From Octopus bimaculoides (taxonomy: Eukaryota), in contig NC_068984.1 in NCBI RefSeq assembly GCF_001194135.2, positions 47,106,816-47,170,815 of the forward strand: a stretch of 64,000 nt of DNA. Direction: 5' to 3'. A program made the translations under genes and the position numbers. Every line of letters starts with the position of its first letter. Position 1 is the stretch's first letter. Below the pieces are notes generated by a model. It was not told where the DNA came from and made no database searches. It saw only the letters and a program-made list of their open reading frames with translations. This document shows, in pieces, positions 38,651 through 52,204 of this stretch.

Positions 38651-39673
38651 ATAAATTGGGGCAAAGTGATTGAGTGTATCACGCTGAATATATTGAAACA
38701 GGTTACAAACTTGACATATTCAGATTTATTTTATACTGAAAGCTGTGTGCCGATGTGAGCTTTTATCCCCACACGTATATGTGTCTGCGTATATATATAG
38801 CTGTGAGGATGTATATTACGAAGCAAATATACAGCAGTTGAAACTTAATCATGCGATACATTGCAATAAGACTCGTTTTTGTCTCTCGTAATATAAAAGG
38901 ATGTCGACTGACTGAGAGTCACAAAGACTCACTGGTTCAATTACCTGGCTGAGAATATTTTAATCATTTTAAAGTGTCGGAAACTACATTCATATAATTT
39001 CTCTTCCATGCAACATGTATTATTTTCTTTAAAAAATTTTGCATAATCAGCATTGATAATATTTCATTTGTTTTTTATGTGTAATCCGTAAATTATTTTC
39101 ATATCTAATTCAAATACTCTGTTTCATATTCTTTCTCTGTATATTGATTTTTTTTTCCCTTTGGATTCTTAATATTGATTTTTTTTCCCTTTGGATTCAA
39201 CAAAAGATTGTGCATCATATATATATGTGTGTGTTGTGTGTGTGTATGTGTGTGTGTGTGTGTTTGTGTGTGTGTGTATGTGTGCAACTATGTATGTATA
39301 CGTATATGTATGTATATATATATAAGTGTGTGTGTATACTTATGTGCGCGCACATGAGTGTGTGTGCGTGCGTGCGTGTGTGTGTGTATACGTGTGTGAG
39401 AGCTTGTGTGGAGTATATATACAATTCACGGTAAGTCAACGTATATGTGTGTGCAGTATGTATCTGTGTATTATGTGGTGGCGGGTACATGCTATGTATA
39501 TTGGTGTGTGTGAGAAGGATAGAAACTGAAGATGAACGTGAATATAGAGAATAAAAATTTAAAATTTAAATTTAAAATAAGAAAATAGAAATGAAAAATA
39601 AAAAGTAAAAAATTAAAATGTTTTAAAAAAGGTGTGTGGAGGGTGTCATTGGAAGAAATTTGGGTTCGGAGAG

Positions 39674-39722
<49 letters not shown>

Positions 39723-39798
39723 CATCGGAAAGTATTTAAAAGATAAATCCAACCATTTCGCTACATTTGTCAAATGTGGAACACTACTGTCACTATAT

Positions 39799-39836
39799 AA
39801 ACCTGATGATTGCGTAAAGCACAAAAGTACCAGTTT
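39799..39836 (+). ncRNA. Decayed minimal hammerhead-like motif
   Basis: AAAC CUGAUGA U UGC-guaaa-GCA C AAAA GU AC C A GUUU; stems I and II pair, but G12 is A and U16.1 is C. Confidence 0.4.
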
Positions 39837-39974
39837 ACTTCAATATTGTCAAATTGTACATATTAGAAATAATAAAGCGTGAAAACCCGACTTAGTTGCA
39901 ATTTCATTGATTAATATATACATATATATATACATATATACATACATATACATACATATATATATATATATATC

Positions 39975-40205
39975 ATCATCATCATCATCATCATCATCAT
40001 CGTTTAACGTCCGCTTTCCATGCTAGCATGGGTTGGACGATTTGACTGAGGACTGGTGAAACCGGATGGCAACACCAGGCTCCAATCTAAATTTGGTAGA
40101 GTTTCTACAGCTGGATGCCCTTCCTAACGCCAACCACTCAGAGAGTGTAGTAGGTGCTTTTACGTGTCACCCGCACGAAGGCCAGTCAGGCGATACTGGC
40201 AACGG
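39975..40205 (-). mobile_element. Retroposon 3' end with (GAT)n tail (family D), truncated by a gap
   Basis: (atc)n cgtttaacgtccgctttccatgc...ggatgcccttcctaacgccaacc; a short relative lies near 54100. Confidence 0.6.
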
Positions 40206-41308
40206 NNNNNNNNNNNNNNNNNNNNNNNNNNNNNNNNNNNNNNNNNNNNNNNNNNNNNNNNNNNNNNNNNNNNNNNNNNNNNNNNNNNNNNNNNNNNNNN
40301 NNNNNNNNNNNNNNNNNNNNNNNNNNNNNNNNNNNNNNNNNNNNNNNNNNNNNNNNNNNNNNNNNNNNNNNNNNNNNNNNNNNNNNNNNNNNNNNNNNNN
40401 NNNNNNNNNNNNNNNNNNNNNNNNNNNNNNNNNNNNNATATAAATCTGTGTTGCATCTAGATAACCAGTGTAATGTACTGTCTGAGAACTAATGATTTAG
40501 CATAACGTAAACGATATAGCTTCTAAGTAGAAAATAGTATCTGATTAAACAATTTAGAATAATGACATAAGAAAATTTTCCAGTATTTCATTTTAAACAA
40601 ATGCCTGAAGAGAATATAGTTTTGTGCAGGCTACCAACCTTAAGTTGCTAGATCAACAAATAGAGTGAACTAATTTAAATTATTATTATAATGAAGAGAT
40701 AAGCGATATAAACTAGTGAAAATTCTTGTCAAGATTGGCTGAGGCACGATCTCTGAAATTCAAATTAGTGAATAACTGTATTAGAACCTTCGTTCAATTG
40801 AGAGTGCCAAGATTCGTAGGTGTGTTGTTCTTAATCTATTACGATTAACACCCCCACGGTATATGCATAAACCTTTCTCAGATTTAGGTCCCGCTATCTT
40901 CATTGAGATATTGAATAATGACTTTCTTTTCTTCCCACCGGTCACTGGTGTCCGAATGGCTATCTACTTATACAGTAATTGGTTGGTATCTCATATTCCA
41001 ACCATTGTAATTTATCGTTTAGCTCATGATCAGGGACTGGTTCCTATGGAAGCAAGAGAATTTCTAAACTCCAGTGAGTCAGACACACTCTAATTACAAT
41101 GTCATGTCTACTACAATGATCAATATCAGAGTTAACTCAAGAAACTATATTCTAGATTAATTTCGTATAAGATGTAAGCATTTATGAAAATACAAGAGTC
41201 ATCTTTGGCTGTTTAGTCTGGTGTTTGCAATTATATAGTGTTGTACCTTGTATATTCAAAATATAAGGAACTAAATCTTAAGACCATTTCAGATAGATAA
41301 ATCAAAAG

Positions 41309-41517
41309 GCGGTGAGCTGGCAGAATCGTTAGCATGCCGGGCGAAATGCTTACCGATATTTCGTCTGCTGCTACTTTCTGAGTTCAAATTCCACTGAAGT
41401 TGGCTTTGCCTTTCATACTTTTGGAGATAATTTAAGTACCAGTTGAGTACTGTGATCGATGTAATCGACTTGCCCCTTCCCCAAAAATTTCAGGCCTTGT
41501 GTATAGTAGAAATGATT
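41309..41517 (+). mobile_element. SINE family B, near full length
   Basis: ggcggtgagctggcagaatcgttagc...gagttcaaattcc...tttcaggccttgtgtatagtagaaa. Confidence 0.9.
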
Positions 41518-41927
41518 TCAGATACATAAATCTGGAGCCTATAGAAAATATAATACATTACTGATAATGAAAAGTATAAGGCTAAATGATTATTGACAAA
41601 GAAATAGAGAGATTGATAAACGTATTAGAAATAGAGCGATTAACAAAGTTATAACAAAATGGAAGTGATTGATATATTAAGTGAAGATTGTTTTTTTTTT
41701 CCTAAGAAAGTTACATAGAGCATCAGAATTTCTTTAATGTATATCTCTGAATATTTTATTAATGTAACGATATTTTAAATTTTGATTTAGCATTGTCCTG
41801 TATATGTTTACTTCTTGATGGTTTTCTTCTTACATGTATTTTCAATTATGTAGGGAAAATTTGCTATTATTAACAGTATATTTCTTATATCATGTCTCAT
41901 AACGTGAATATTATTTCCAGAAACAAA

Positions 41928-42800
41928 GTGGCGAGCAGGCAGAGTGGTTAGTATGCTAGGCAAAATGCTTAGCAACATTTCGTTTGCCTTTACGTTCTGA
42001 GCTCAAAATCCTAAGAAGTCGACTTTGCTTTTCATTCTTTCAGGGTCGATAAAATAACAATCAGTTAAATACTGGGTCGATGTAATCGACTTCCCTAGCC
42101 CTGTGCCAAAATTTGAAACAAATATTATCACCCGAAACAGCTTACTCGGCGAGCAAACAACATCATTAGTGAGACAATGCTTAGTAAGTTTTTTTTTTCC
42201 GGTCCTTTGAGTTCTCTCTTCATATTCGTCAAAGTCCTTACCTTTCTTCGTCTAAGAGATGATAAAATATCTACCAACTAAACATTGGCGTGTAACCGAC
42301 TTCTCCTTCCCTACAATTGTTGGCCTTGTGTCAACATTTTAAAACATTATAAGCTTAAACAACTGTGAAGTGGCAAGTATGTGGCGAGCTAGCAGAACGT
42401 TAGTGTATCGGCCATAGTATATAGTTGCGTTTCTTCCGGCTCTCTACATTTTGAGTTCCTTTGCCTTTCATTCCTTCGGAGTCGATAAAATGAGTATCCA
42501 GTTGGGTACTAGGGTCAATATAATCAACTAGCCCCAACCCAACGCAAATTTCAAGCCTTGAGCCTATAGTGGAAAGAACTATTATTATGACCTGGTAAAT
42601 TCGTTAGCACACCGCACAAATGAGATTATTTGCAAGCCATCCGATTCTTTATGATCTGAGTTCAAATGCTACCGACGTCTGCTTTGCCTTTTATCCATTC
42701 GGGTTGGGGAGTCAATAAAATAGGTATCAGCTGAACGTCAGTTGAATAATCGACGAGTCCCCTCTTAAAATTACAGATATTGTGCCTTTGGTAGAATTTG
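41928..42800 (+). mobile_element. Head-to-tail array of four diverged family B SINEs
   Basis: Copies at about 41928-42122, 42160-42345, 42383-42585 and 42590-42800, each with ttag..-gagttc..-cttt..-cgataaaat-..aatcgac blocks. Confidence 0.75.
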
Positions 42801-43084
42801 TTATAATTTTCGAGGAAAATTTCGGTAAATTAGAGAATTATTATGAATCATTTTTATGAAATGGTTGCAACTTCCATCAGCATTTTTGTAACAAATTACG
42901 TCAAGGAATCCTTTCAGTTGCAATTTATGAATATCAATTATAGTTTTATTGTCAATCGGAAGAAAGGAAAAAGAATTCCGCTAAAATTTGCTCTGGGTGA
43001 GAAAATATCTTATTATAACACAGTGTTTGCTAGTTTTTGCCAAATTGCTAATTACAAATATTCTACTACTAATAGTTTCATATC

Positions 43085-43308
43085 TATGAATGTAAATTTC
43101 TTACATGGACGGAACGTCATAAATTTGGTAGCAGGAGGGTATTTGATTTCATCAACTTCAGTACCTGAATGGAACTTTATTTTACCTAGAACATGGAAAG
43201 TAGATCTAACCTCAGCAGGATTTCAACTGATTTCGCAGAGAAGCAGAGCCAACAACGGAAAGCAATTTTCTTTCCCACCCTGGCAAATCCGTCAACTCAC
43301 TGCCCTTA
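43085..43308 (-). mobile_element. Diverged family B SINE
   Basis: Reverse complement begins agggcagtgagttgacggatttgccagggtggg...; body blocks recognisable. Confidence 0.55.
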
Positions 43309-45026
43309 TCTTTCGTATCGATATTGATACGTTGTTATTACAATCAACATAAGATCAATTATAATATTTCTGCTATAAGCTACTGAAACATTTCTATGTT
43401 TGTGTTGTAGATCAACGGAATCACTTTGCCTAAAAAGTCAATTACATTACCAAGCGATATTGAAGTGGAAGATCAGTGGAAAGTGGTGTCGTCTATGAAA
43501 AGACAAAATGAAAGAAGGAAAAGCGTTGAAAGATTTGTCTCTTCGATACTGCTTTAAATTTGAAAATTGGTGGATGAGTAATGATGGATTTTGCATTGAT
43601 GATGATGATGGTTGCACTGGTAATTGCTAGGCTGGAAGTAGCGATGATACGGAGAGCGGTTGACTCTACGTTGTAACTATTTATTGTTTTAAATGCAATG
43701 GTTTCCAATTGTTTCGACTATGATTAGAATGTGTACCTCTTTAGAATGATTTTCTTTCAACGATTTCTTGAAACAAACAATAATCGGTCATTGCCGAGAA
43801 TTGAATATGATTGTCTATTGAAGTGGACAGCAGGACTTGATTTCTTTGAACATGACAGCCATTGTTGCAGTGACAATATCCATACGCTACACAGCACTTC
43901 TTTGATAAAAGGATGTTCAGTTTCCAATGTATTTGGTATTTTCGCAGTAATAGAAAATTCTTACTTTTTTATCAATTGCGTTGTATTTGAATTACTATTT
44001 ATTGGCAAATCTCTTTTTTCTGAGGCATGAGTTAAATCCGTGTAGACTAACTGTTCTTTAACAATTTAAAATGTGAGCTTCAGCGACATGCTACAAATAG
44101 CCATCGAATTCTTACAAATCTCACCCTCGGTCTTAAAAAAAACAGACAAAATACTGGACTACGAATTTTTGAGTGCACCAAAATACGGGTGGTAATGACT
44201 GTAAAATATTTAAACATAGAACTGCTTATCCATGGCTTACACGAGTGTTTAACTTTTTTATTTCCATAGATCACAAGCCAAGGATTTTCCTTGAATCTGT
44301 GTGTACTCATCTTAAACGTGAATCTTTGCCTAATCTGTTTCCATAGGCAGATATTCTTAGAGATTCAGTGGAGGTAACTTGTACTGAAAACGTAGCTCAT
44401 AGGAGAATGATATAATAAATTTTGCTATTTTTTTGTTTTGATTGCTTAGGAATATCAAAAATCCAAGCTAAATTTTATTACAAGCTTTCTCCTAAAAACA
44501 TTCTGTTATGGGAATGATAATTTTTCATTGCAGCAAATATATCGCATCATTACTTGTTGTACGTGTGTATGTATGTGTATGTATGAATGCATGTATATAT
44601 GGATGTNNNNNNNNNNNNNNNNNNNNNNNNNNNNNNNNNNNNNNNNNNNNNNNNNNNNNNNNNNNNNNNNNNNNNNNNNNNNNNNNNNNNNNNNNNNNNN
44701 NNNNNNNNNNNNNNNNNNNNNNNNNNNNNNNNNNNNNNNNNNNNNNNNNNNNNNNNNNNNNNNNNNNNNNNNNNNNNNNNNNNNNNNNNNNNNNNNNNNN
44801 NNNNNNNNNNNNNNNNNNNNNNNNNNNNNNNNNNNNNNNNNNNNNNNNNNNNNNNNNNNNNNNNNNNNNNNNNNNNNNNNNNNNNNNNNNNNNNNNNNNN
44901 NNNNNNNNNNNNNNNNNNNNNNNNNNNNNNNNNNNNNNNNNNNNNNNNNNNNNNNNNNNNNNNNNNNNNNNNNNNNNNNNNNNNNNNNNNNNNNNNNNNN
45001 NNNNNNNNNNNNNNNNNNNNNNNNNN

Positions 45027-45087
<61 letters not shown>

Positions 45088-45097
45088 CATATATACA

Positions 45098-45129
<32 letters not shown>

Positions 45130-47664
45130 CGCACACACATATAATTGCATTTTACACACTGTTTCAACAAAGAATCTCCGCTTTCGCAAATTCAATAGCT
45201 CATCCGCTTGATTGATAGAAAGTGGAGATTCTTTGGAAAAGAAATGTATTTGTAAGGAACAGTTATTTCTTCTGCAGATAACTTTGACTCGTATAGAGTA
45301 TTGCCTGGATTTCAGGTCCCTTTGATCTTTGATTCATGAACTTTCTGACATATCTTACACATAAACACTCACATTCTCACATGCACACATACACAGACAC
45401 ACGCCGCACACATACACACGCACACATAGTTACATATACACAAACAGTTTTACAAATCTTTACAAAAGTATCAATGCTGGACAGTCGTGTTTATATTGCT
45501 AAAAGCATATCATATTTTACTTACTCAGTATTATCCACTTTCATGATACAGTTGTGCTAAAACCAAAGAGTAGTGGGAGAAACAAAATTAATTACACACA
45601 ATTATCATATAAAAGAATTAAATGTCCCCTAAGCTCTACAAGCTATAACTGTATAGATAACAAATATATTCTTGATATATTCATCTTTTATACTTTAAAA
45701 GCTGAGAATTGTTGGGAATTGCTGAGCCCTGTGCTTGAACGTGAGTTGTATTTAGTTACTTCGATCAATTATTCATAAATGCACTCCGTCCACAGGCTAT
45801 GGTCTTGTCTCATACATTTCTACAGTTGTGGTCTGAACGGAGAGACAGAAACTGAAAAATTAAAACGTTAGACTACAACGATTTGCAGCAGTTGTTTTGT
45901 TCTTCAATATGTATTATATTCGATTAAGGAAATTTGCCTTTGCCAATTTTTAAGAACCAATCAGAAATGAGATTCTATATAATTAATAGAAGTTTCATTC
46001 AATACATTACCTGTATAAATTCAAAAAACAGTTGCTAATTAGAGCATTAGTGTTATGCGGAGAAGAAGTAGAGTGTGGTCTTTACCTTTCAATATTTAAC
46101 ATCATTAACCAAATTCCAGCAGACTGGATGTACATTTCGCTCTTTCAGGTTCAATAAAATATATGTCAGTTATGTTTTGTTATTGATTCCAGTAGGTGAA
46201 CGAATCAGCAAAATGTTTCTTTGCTGTTAATTTAAGAAATCATAATTAGCAATTGTACTGCTGAATAATTGGTCTTTGAATTCTCTTGTAATACATAACC
46301 CCAAGAGTGATATCTCAATTTATAGCAGCTGTAATGTACGCAACTTATGCAGCCATCTGTGGAGAACACAATGTTTTTTTTTTTTTACGGCGTGATTTGA
46401 AACATACATTTAAATATCTATATTTAACGCCTGATATCTTTTGCTACAGTATATATAAGATTTTTAGTCTCCTTGAAATTAGATCGTGTTGTTCAAAATA
46501 GCAATAATATATAACATACTAAACTTCTGTCCTTGTTAGGTAAGGAAAATACTTTTCTCTCAAGAGACATTATATTTCTGGAAAAGTGGATATATTTAAC
46601 AGAAATATAAGACATTATAGATCCTGACATAGTCAAGTCTAATATACTTCAATCAGTAAGTAGGCTTCATATTAACATTATGCCTCCTAGTTCCATGTTA
46701 TTCGTGCAGATTTGCAGAAATACCTTACTTCCATCAGTGATACACAATATAGGAATTAATCTTGATCTTCCTACGCACGCTCCAAAGAAGCCTGGTATGT
46801 ATTTTAGAAAATTGATAGAATGAGCTTAGAATGGAGTGCAAATTTGTGAAAAATTGCCATTCTTCAACCATTAGAACATTGCGGCATATAATGGACATTT
46901 AAGAATTTTACTTAAGCTTATCTCGATACATTTAACGCAAAAGGACACTTCTACTTACCTCTTCAATTTGCTATTATGTCTAATTCCCAGATGTTTTACA
47001 TTTTTTACCTCAAACATCTCCAAGTTGTTTTATATGTGTGTGCGCGTGCGTGTGTATATGTGTTTGTGCGCGCGTGTGTGTGTGTGTGTGTGTGCGTGCG
47101 TGCAGTCTGTATTATATATGAACGAGTCTATTGTTATTAAGCTAAATAGTTACTCAACATTTTACGGATAAATTTCTTGAAGAATTTTGATTTTTACGGT
47201 GAAATTATGCAGCTTGACATCAGAAACCATTTACGCTGTATGACTACCACAAATTTTTAGGCGTTTTCAGCGCTAATATTAAAACTTCTCTTGCACATTT
47301 GAAACCTACTTTCTAATGATTACGGTAATTACATGAATAAATTGGCTTGCAAATTCATGTAATGGACACCAAGCTTTGGGGTGCAAATTGGCTACAGCTG
47401 TTTCACGCTTCGGCCGAAGAAAACACATTTATCTCTACACGTATTCTTCTTTATGACTAATGTAGTTATTGTGGAAGCAACTATTTATGCATGCATTCGT
47501 CTATGCCAGGTGAGTATTTATACTAAATGTAGGTAAATGTTTCGTTGTGTACTTGTCTGTATTCAGGAAGAAATAATATTTTAGAGATTTCAATACAAAT
47601 AGTCATTTCAAGTTTTGTTCCATGAATAAGTGTTGGACAGCTTCTTCCCTTTCCTTATTTATAT

Positions 47665-48130
47665 ATGTGGCATTGTTTTGTGGTAAGAAGCTTGCTTACC
47701 AAGAACATGGTTCTGAGTTTAGTCCCACTGCGGAGCAATTTAGGCACGTAAGTGTCTTCTCCTCTAGCTCCTGGGTGACTAAAACCATGTGAGTGGATTT
47801 GTCAGACGGAAACTGAAAGAAGCCTGTCGTAGATATATACACATATATATATATATATATGTGTGTATGTGTGTGTGTGCATGTATGTGTGTGCGTGTGT
47901 GTGTATGTGAATGAGTGTGTGCGTGTATGTATGTATGTTTATGTGTGTCTTTGTTTCTCTGTCTGTTCTCCCCGCCATCGCTTGACAACCGATGTTGGTG
48001 TTTTTATGTCCCCGTAACTTAGCAGTTCAGCAAATGATACCCATAGAATAAGTACTAAAACACTTGAAGGAGGTGCACCAGCATGACCGCCGTCAAATAA
48101 AGGAAACTTGTGAAAGAATAAAAGAAGAAT
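47665..48130 (+). mobile_element. SINE family A, near full length with internal microsatellite
   Basis: tgtggtaagaagcttgcttacc...agtcccactgcg...tgtgagtggatttg.cagacggaaactgaaagaagc, (AT/GT)n, cgcttgacaaccgatgttggtg...ccagcatgaccgc...aaagaataaaagaag. Confidence 0.85.
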
Positions 48131-48419
48131 ACCTGTATGTCATCAAAAATTATACAGTAGATTTTTTAATGAGATTTGGCAGTTGATTCTAATAACTCAA
48201 TCGACTGGTAAGACGTGGTCGCAAGCTTATAGATGAGGATATAGTAGAACGAAACAACACCCAGTGCATTTATATGAAACTATACAGGGATGAAATTATA
48301 TATTGATGCCGAACAGGATTTGAACGTATACGATGAAAGTGACGTAAATTCATTCCAGAAATGATTGTATCTAATGCTTTATTTATTCTTCTATACATCA
48401 TTCAACGTATTTCTTTTAA

Positions 48420-50170
48420 TACTCCTACAAAATTAGGTACTTTGCTGCTACTATTGCAACCGTTGTCGATGTGCTGGCAGGAGTGGTGGCGACAGCGGCA
48501 GAGTCCGTGATGGCCACAGCGATGATAGTTGTAGTGGTGGCAGCGACCGTTGTGATGGCATTAGTGTTAATAGCGATGCCGGTGGCGGTGCCGGTGGTAG
48601 TGATGATGGTGTTGTTGTTGTTGTGGGTAGTGGTTTTCACAGCGATGGTCGTAACGATGTTACCCGCGATAGTAACGGTGTTTTCAGTTGATTTTTCTTC
48701 CTGCACCTGATAATTGAAACGTTCGCAGCAGTGGTGACCTTATTTAGGATGATTTCTATAGTTATAGTTACAATTCTGTCATTTCCTCGTTTTTATTATT
48801 GGTGCTGTGTTGTTGCTTTTGTACTTGTGTCAGCGGAAACTGGGCAGCATATCAGCAAGTGGTCATCAAAACGATGGTAACAATGACCATGACAGCAACG
48901 ACAAACACGAGAGAAAAAGCAACGAAAACGAAAATGAAGCGGACAACTCAGATGACAGCGACGAGGAAGAAAACAAGGAAAATGAAAAACAAAAACGACT
49001 AAAATAAAAATAATGGCAAAAATAAAAACGGGATTAATTTTGCTGCAACTAATAACACAGATACTACTGTTTGTTTTTGTTTCTCTTGTTGTAGTGATGG
49101 AGTTAGTTGATATTGCTAGCACATATGTGATGCTGCAGATAAGAGATTAGTGGACGTAATGTTATTGAAGAAAGACGGTCGATGTAGTGGTGGCAGCGAC
49201 CGTCGTGAGAAAGACGGTGATGATTATAATGGGGTTATACTGATGAAGGTGATTGTCAGTATAATCATATGAAGCTGATGAGAATGATAATGACTGGTAA
49301 TGATAAGAAAGAGTAATTGGAGAAGAGGAATGTGACGATAGCTATTAATCGAAAGTCGTCGATATTGATGACAACGGCAAGGACGAACGGATGATGATCA
49401 TAATATCGCCATCGACGATAAAGATTACGATGACGGTGATGACGATGATGATGATGATGATGAAGGGGTGGATGTTGGTAGTGTTTGTGGGGGATGGTGA
49501 AGGTGTTGGTGGTGATTGTATTGCTGCACCTGCTGGTGTTGATGCTGACCGTAGTTTTGTGTGTATGGTGTTGCTGCTGCTGCTGTGGTTGTTATTGCTG
49601 TTGGTGGTGGTGGTGGTGGTGGTGGTGGTGGTGTGGGTGAGGGTGTGGTGGTGAGGGTGTGGTGGTGGTGAGGGTGAGGGTGGTTGTGGTGNNNNNNNNN
49701 NNNNNNNNNNNNNNNNNNNNNNNNNNNNNNNNNNNNNNNNNNNNNNNNNNNNNNNNNNNNNNNNNNNNNNNNNNNNNNNNNNNNNNNNNNNNNNNNNNNN
49801 NNNNNNNNNNNNNNNNNNNNNNNNNNNNNNNNNNNNNNNNNNNNNNNNNNNNNNNNNNNNNNNNNNNNNNNNNNNNNNNNNNNNNNNNNNNNNNNNNNNN
49901 NNNNNNNNNNNNNNNNNNNNNNNNNNNNNNNNNNNNNNNNNNNNNNNNNNNNNNNNNNNNNNNNNNNNNNNNNNNNNNNNNNNNNNNNNNNNNNNNNNNN
50001 NNNNNNNNNNNNNNNNNNNNNNNNNNNNNNNNNNNNNNNNNNNNNNNNNNNNNNNNNNNGTGGTGGTGGTGGTGGTGAGGGTGGTGGTGGCGGTGAGGGT
50101 GGTGGTGGTGGTGGTGGTGAGGGTGGCATCGGCGGCGTTGTTGATGGCGATGTTTGTATTGGAAGTAGAG
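48420..50170. repeat. Cryptic trinucleotide low-complexity region (GGT/GAT/GTT/AAC) spanning a gap
   Basis: Direct observation. Confidence 0.85.
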
Positions 50171-52204
50171 AACTTGCAAGTTCTCACTTCGTCTATCCGT
50201 GAACTAGACATTTTATAAATTGCACTAGTTCGAACGCCCGTTGAATTATTCTTCACGGCTGACGTATTTCTGCCGCATTCTTGGTCTTTACAGAATAACT
50301 ACCGTGAAGTAGAAAACTACTCGAAGTCACGAATGTCTGAACTAAAACCAAAGTATTTTTTATTATTAAATCACAAACAAACTGTGAATCTAACAGAATT
50401 ATTAAATCAAATGTCTAGTTGTTACTTCGTTACTTTAGATCTATAATCACCTCTCCTTAGATCAAAATTTCAAATCTGAACGATTTGCATTGTCTGATTT
50501 TTTTATTCTTCTGAGATATCTCTTTTTCTAACTTGACTGGTTTCAGAAGCCGGAGAATCCTTGCACTGTGGTATCGGTTTTAGGAAAATCATTTAATTAT
50601 ATCCGTCACGGTAAATTCCTTTGTTTTTTTTTTGTTTTGTTTTTTTTCTATCGCGAGGGAATAAGCGACAAACTTGACCCTGTTTACAAGGATGAATAGC
50701 AAAAATTCTCCAAGAAACATTCTCTCGGTGTACTGTACAATGCTCATGACACACTCAGAAACACACACAGACACAGACACAGACACACACATATAAGCAT
50801 ATACATTTCTGTTTGACATTATGATACAAATAACCTGGTTAGATTTCAATATGTTAGTGTGTATGAGCATATTTGTGTGTATATGCGTATACATGTATAT
50901 GTATATATGTGTGTATATGTTGGTCTGTATACAGATGTACGTATGTGTGTATGTATGTGAATGTATATATATATATATATNNNNNNNNNNNNNNNNNNNN
51001 NNNNNNNNNNNNNNNNNNNNNNNNNNNNNNNNNNNNNNNNNNNNNNNNNNNNNNNNNNNNNNNNNNNNNNNNNNNNNNNNNNNNNNNNNNNNNNNNNNNN
51101 NNNNNNNNNNNNNNNNNNNNNNNNNNNNNNNNNNNNNNNNNNNNNNNNNNNNNNNNNNNNNNNNNNNNNNNNNNNNNNNNNNNNNNNNNNNNNNNNNNNN
51201 NNNNNNNNNNNNNNNNNNNNNNNNNNNNNNNNNNNNNNNNNNNNNNNNNNNNNNNNNNNNNNNNNNNNNNNNNNNNNNNNNNNNNNNNNNNNNNNNNNNN
51301 NNNNNNNNNNNNNNNNNNNNNNNNNNNNNNNNNNNNNNNNNNNNNNNNNNNNNNNNNNNNNNNNNNNNNNNNNNNNNNNNNNNNNNNNNNNNNNNNNNNN
51401 NNNNNNNNNNNNNNNNNNNNNNNNNNNNNNNNNNNNNNNNNNNNNNNNNNNNNNNNNNNNNNNNNNNNNNNNNNNNNNNNNNNNNNNNNNNNNNNNNNNN
51501 NNNNNNNNNNNNNNNNNNNNNNNNNNNNNNNNNNNNNNNNNNNNNNNNNNNNNNNNNNNNNNNNNNNNNNNNNNNNNNNNNNNNNNNNNNNNNNNNNNNN
51601 NNNNNNNNNNNNNNNNNNNNNNNNNNNNNNNNNNNNNNNNNNNNNNNNNNNNNNNNNNNNNNNNNNNNNNNNNNNNNNNNNNNNNNNNNNNNNNNNNNNN
51701 NNNNNNNNNNNNNNNNNNNNNNNNNNNNNNNNNNNNNNNNNNNNNNNNNNNNNNNNNNNNNNNNNNNNNNNNNNNNNNNNNNNNNNNNNNNNNNNNNNNN
51801 NNNNNNNNNNNNNNNNNNNNNNNNNNNNNNNNNNNNNNNNNNNNNNNNNNNNNNNNNNNNNNNNNNNNNNNNNNNNNNNNNNNNNNNNNNNNNNNNNNNN
51901 NNNNNNNNNNNNNNNNNNNNNNNNNNNNNNNNNNNNNNNNNNATATCCAAGAAAGAAAAGGATTATTGACGGGAAGCATGTGACCATGCCGGTGTAAGGG
52001 GAAGAAAGAGAGTGGTAGAGGGAGAAACAAAGGGAGGAAGTAGAAGAATAGGTGAGCAACGAGAGGAAAAGAGAAAGAGAGGAAGTACGAGGGGGGGAAA
52101 AGAGATACGTAGAAGTAACAGAGGAAGAACGAGAGGGGTAAAGCGAGATACGTAGTAGTAAAGAGGAAGAACGAGATACACACACACACACACACACACG
52201 TACA

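Noticed and set aside
42843-43352. 169-aa ORF, the longest N-free ORF
   Set aside because: Its 3' half is the antisense of a diverged SINE (43085-43308), and no domain was recognised.
47466-47515. Perfect splice donors (CAG/GTGAGT at 47510 and 13201; GAG/GTAAGT on minus near 46955)
   Set aside because: These are isolated consensus matches expected by chance, with no recognisable peptide or consistent exon chain.
51990-52180. Purine-rich tract with an internal ~33-bp imperfect duplication
   Set aside because: Ordinary low-complexity sequence next to a gap; no further structure.
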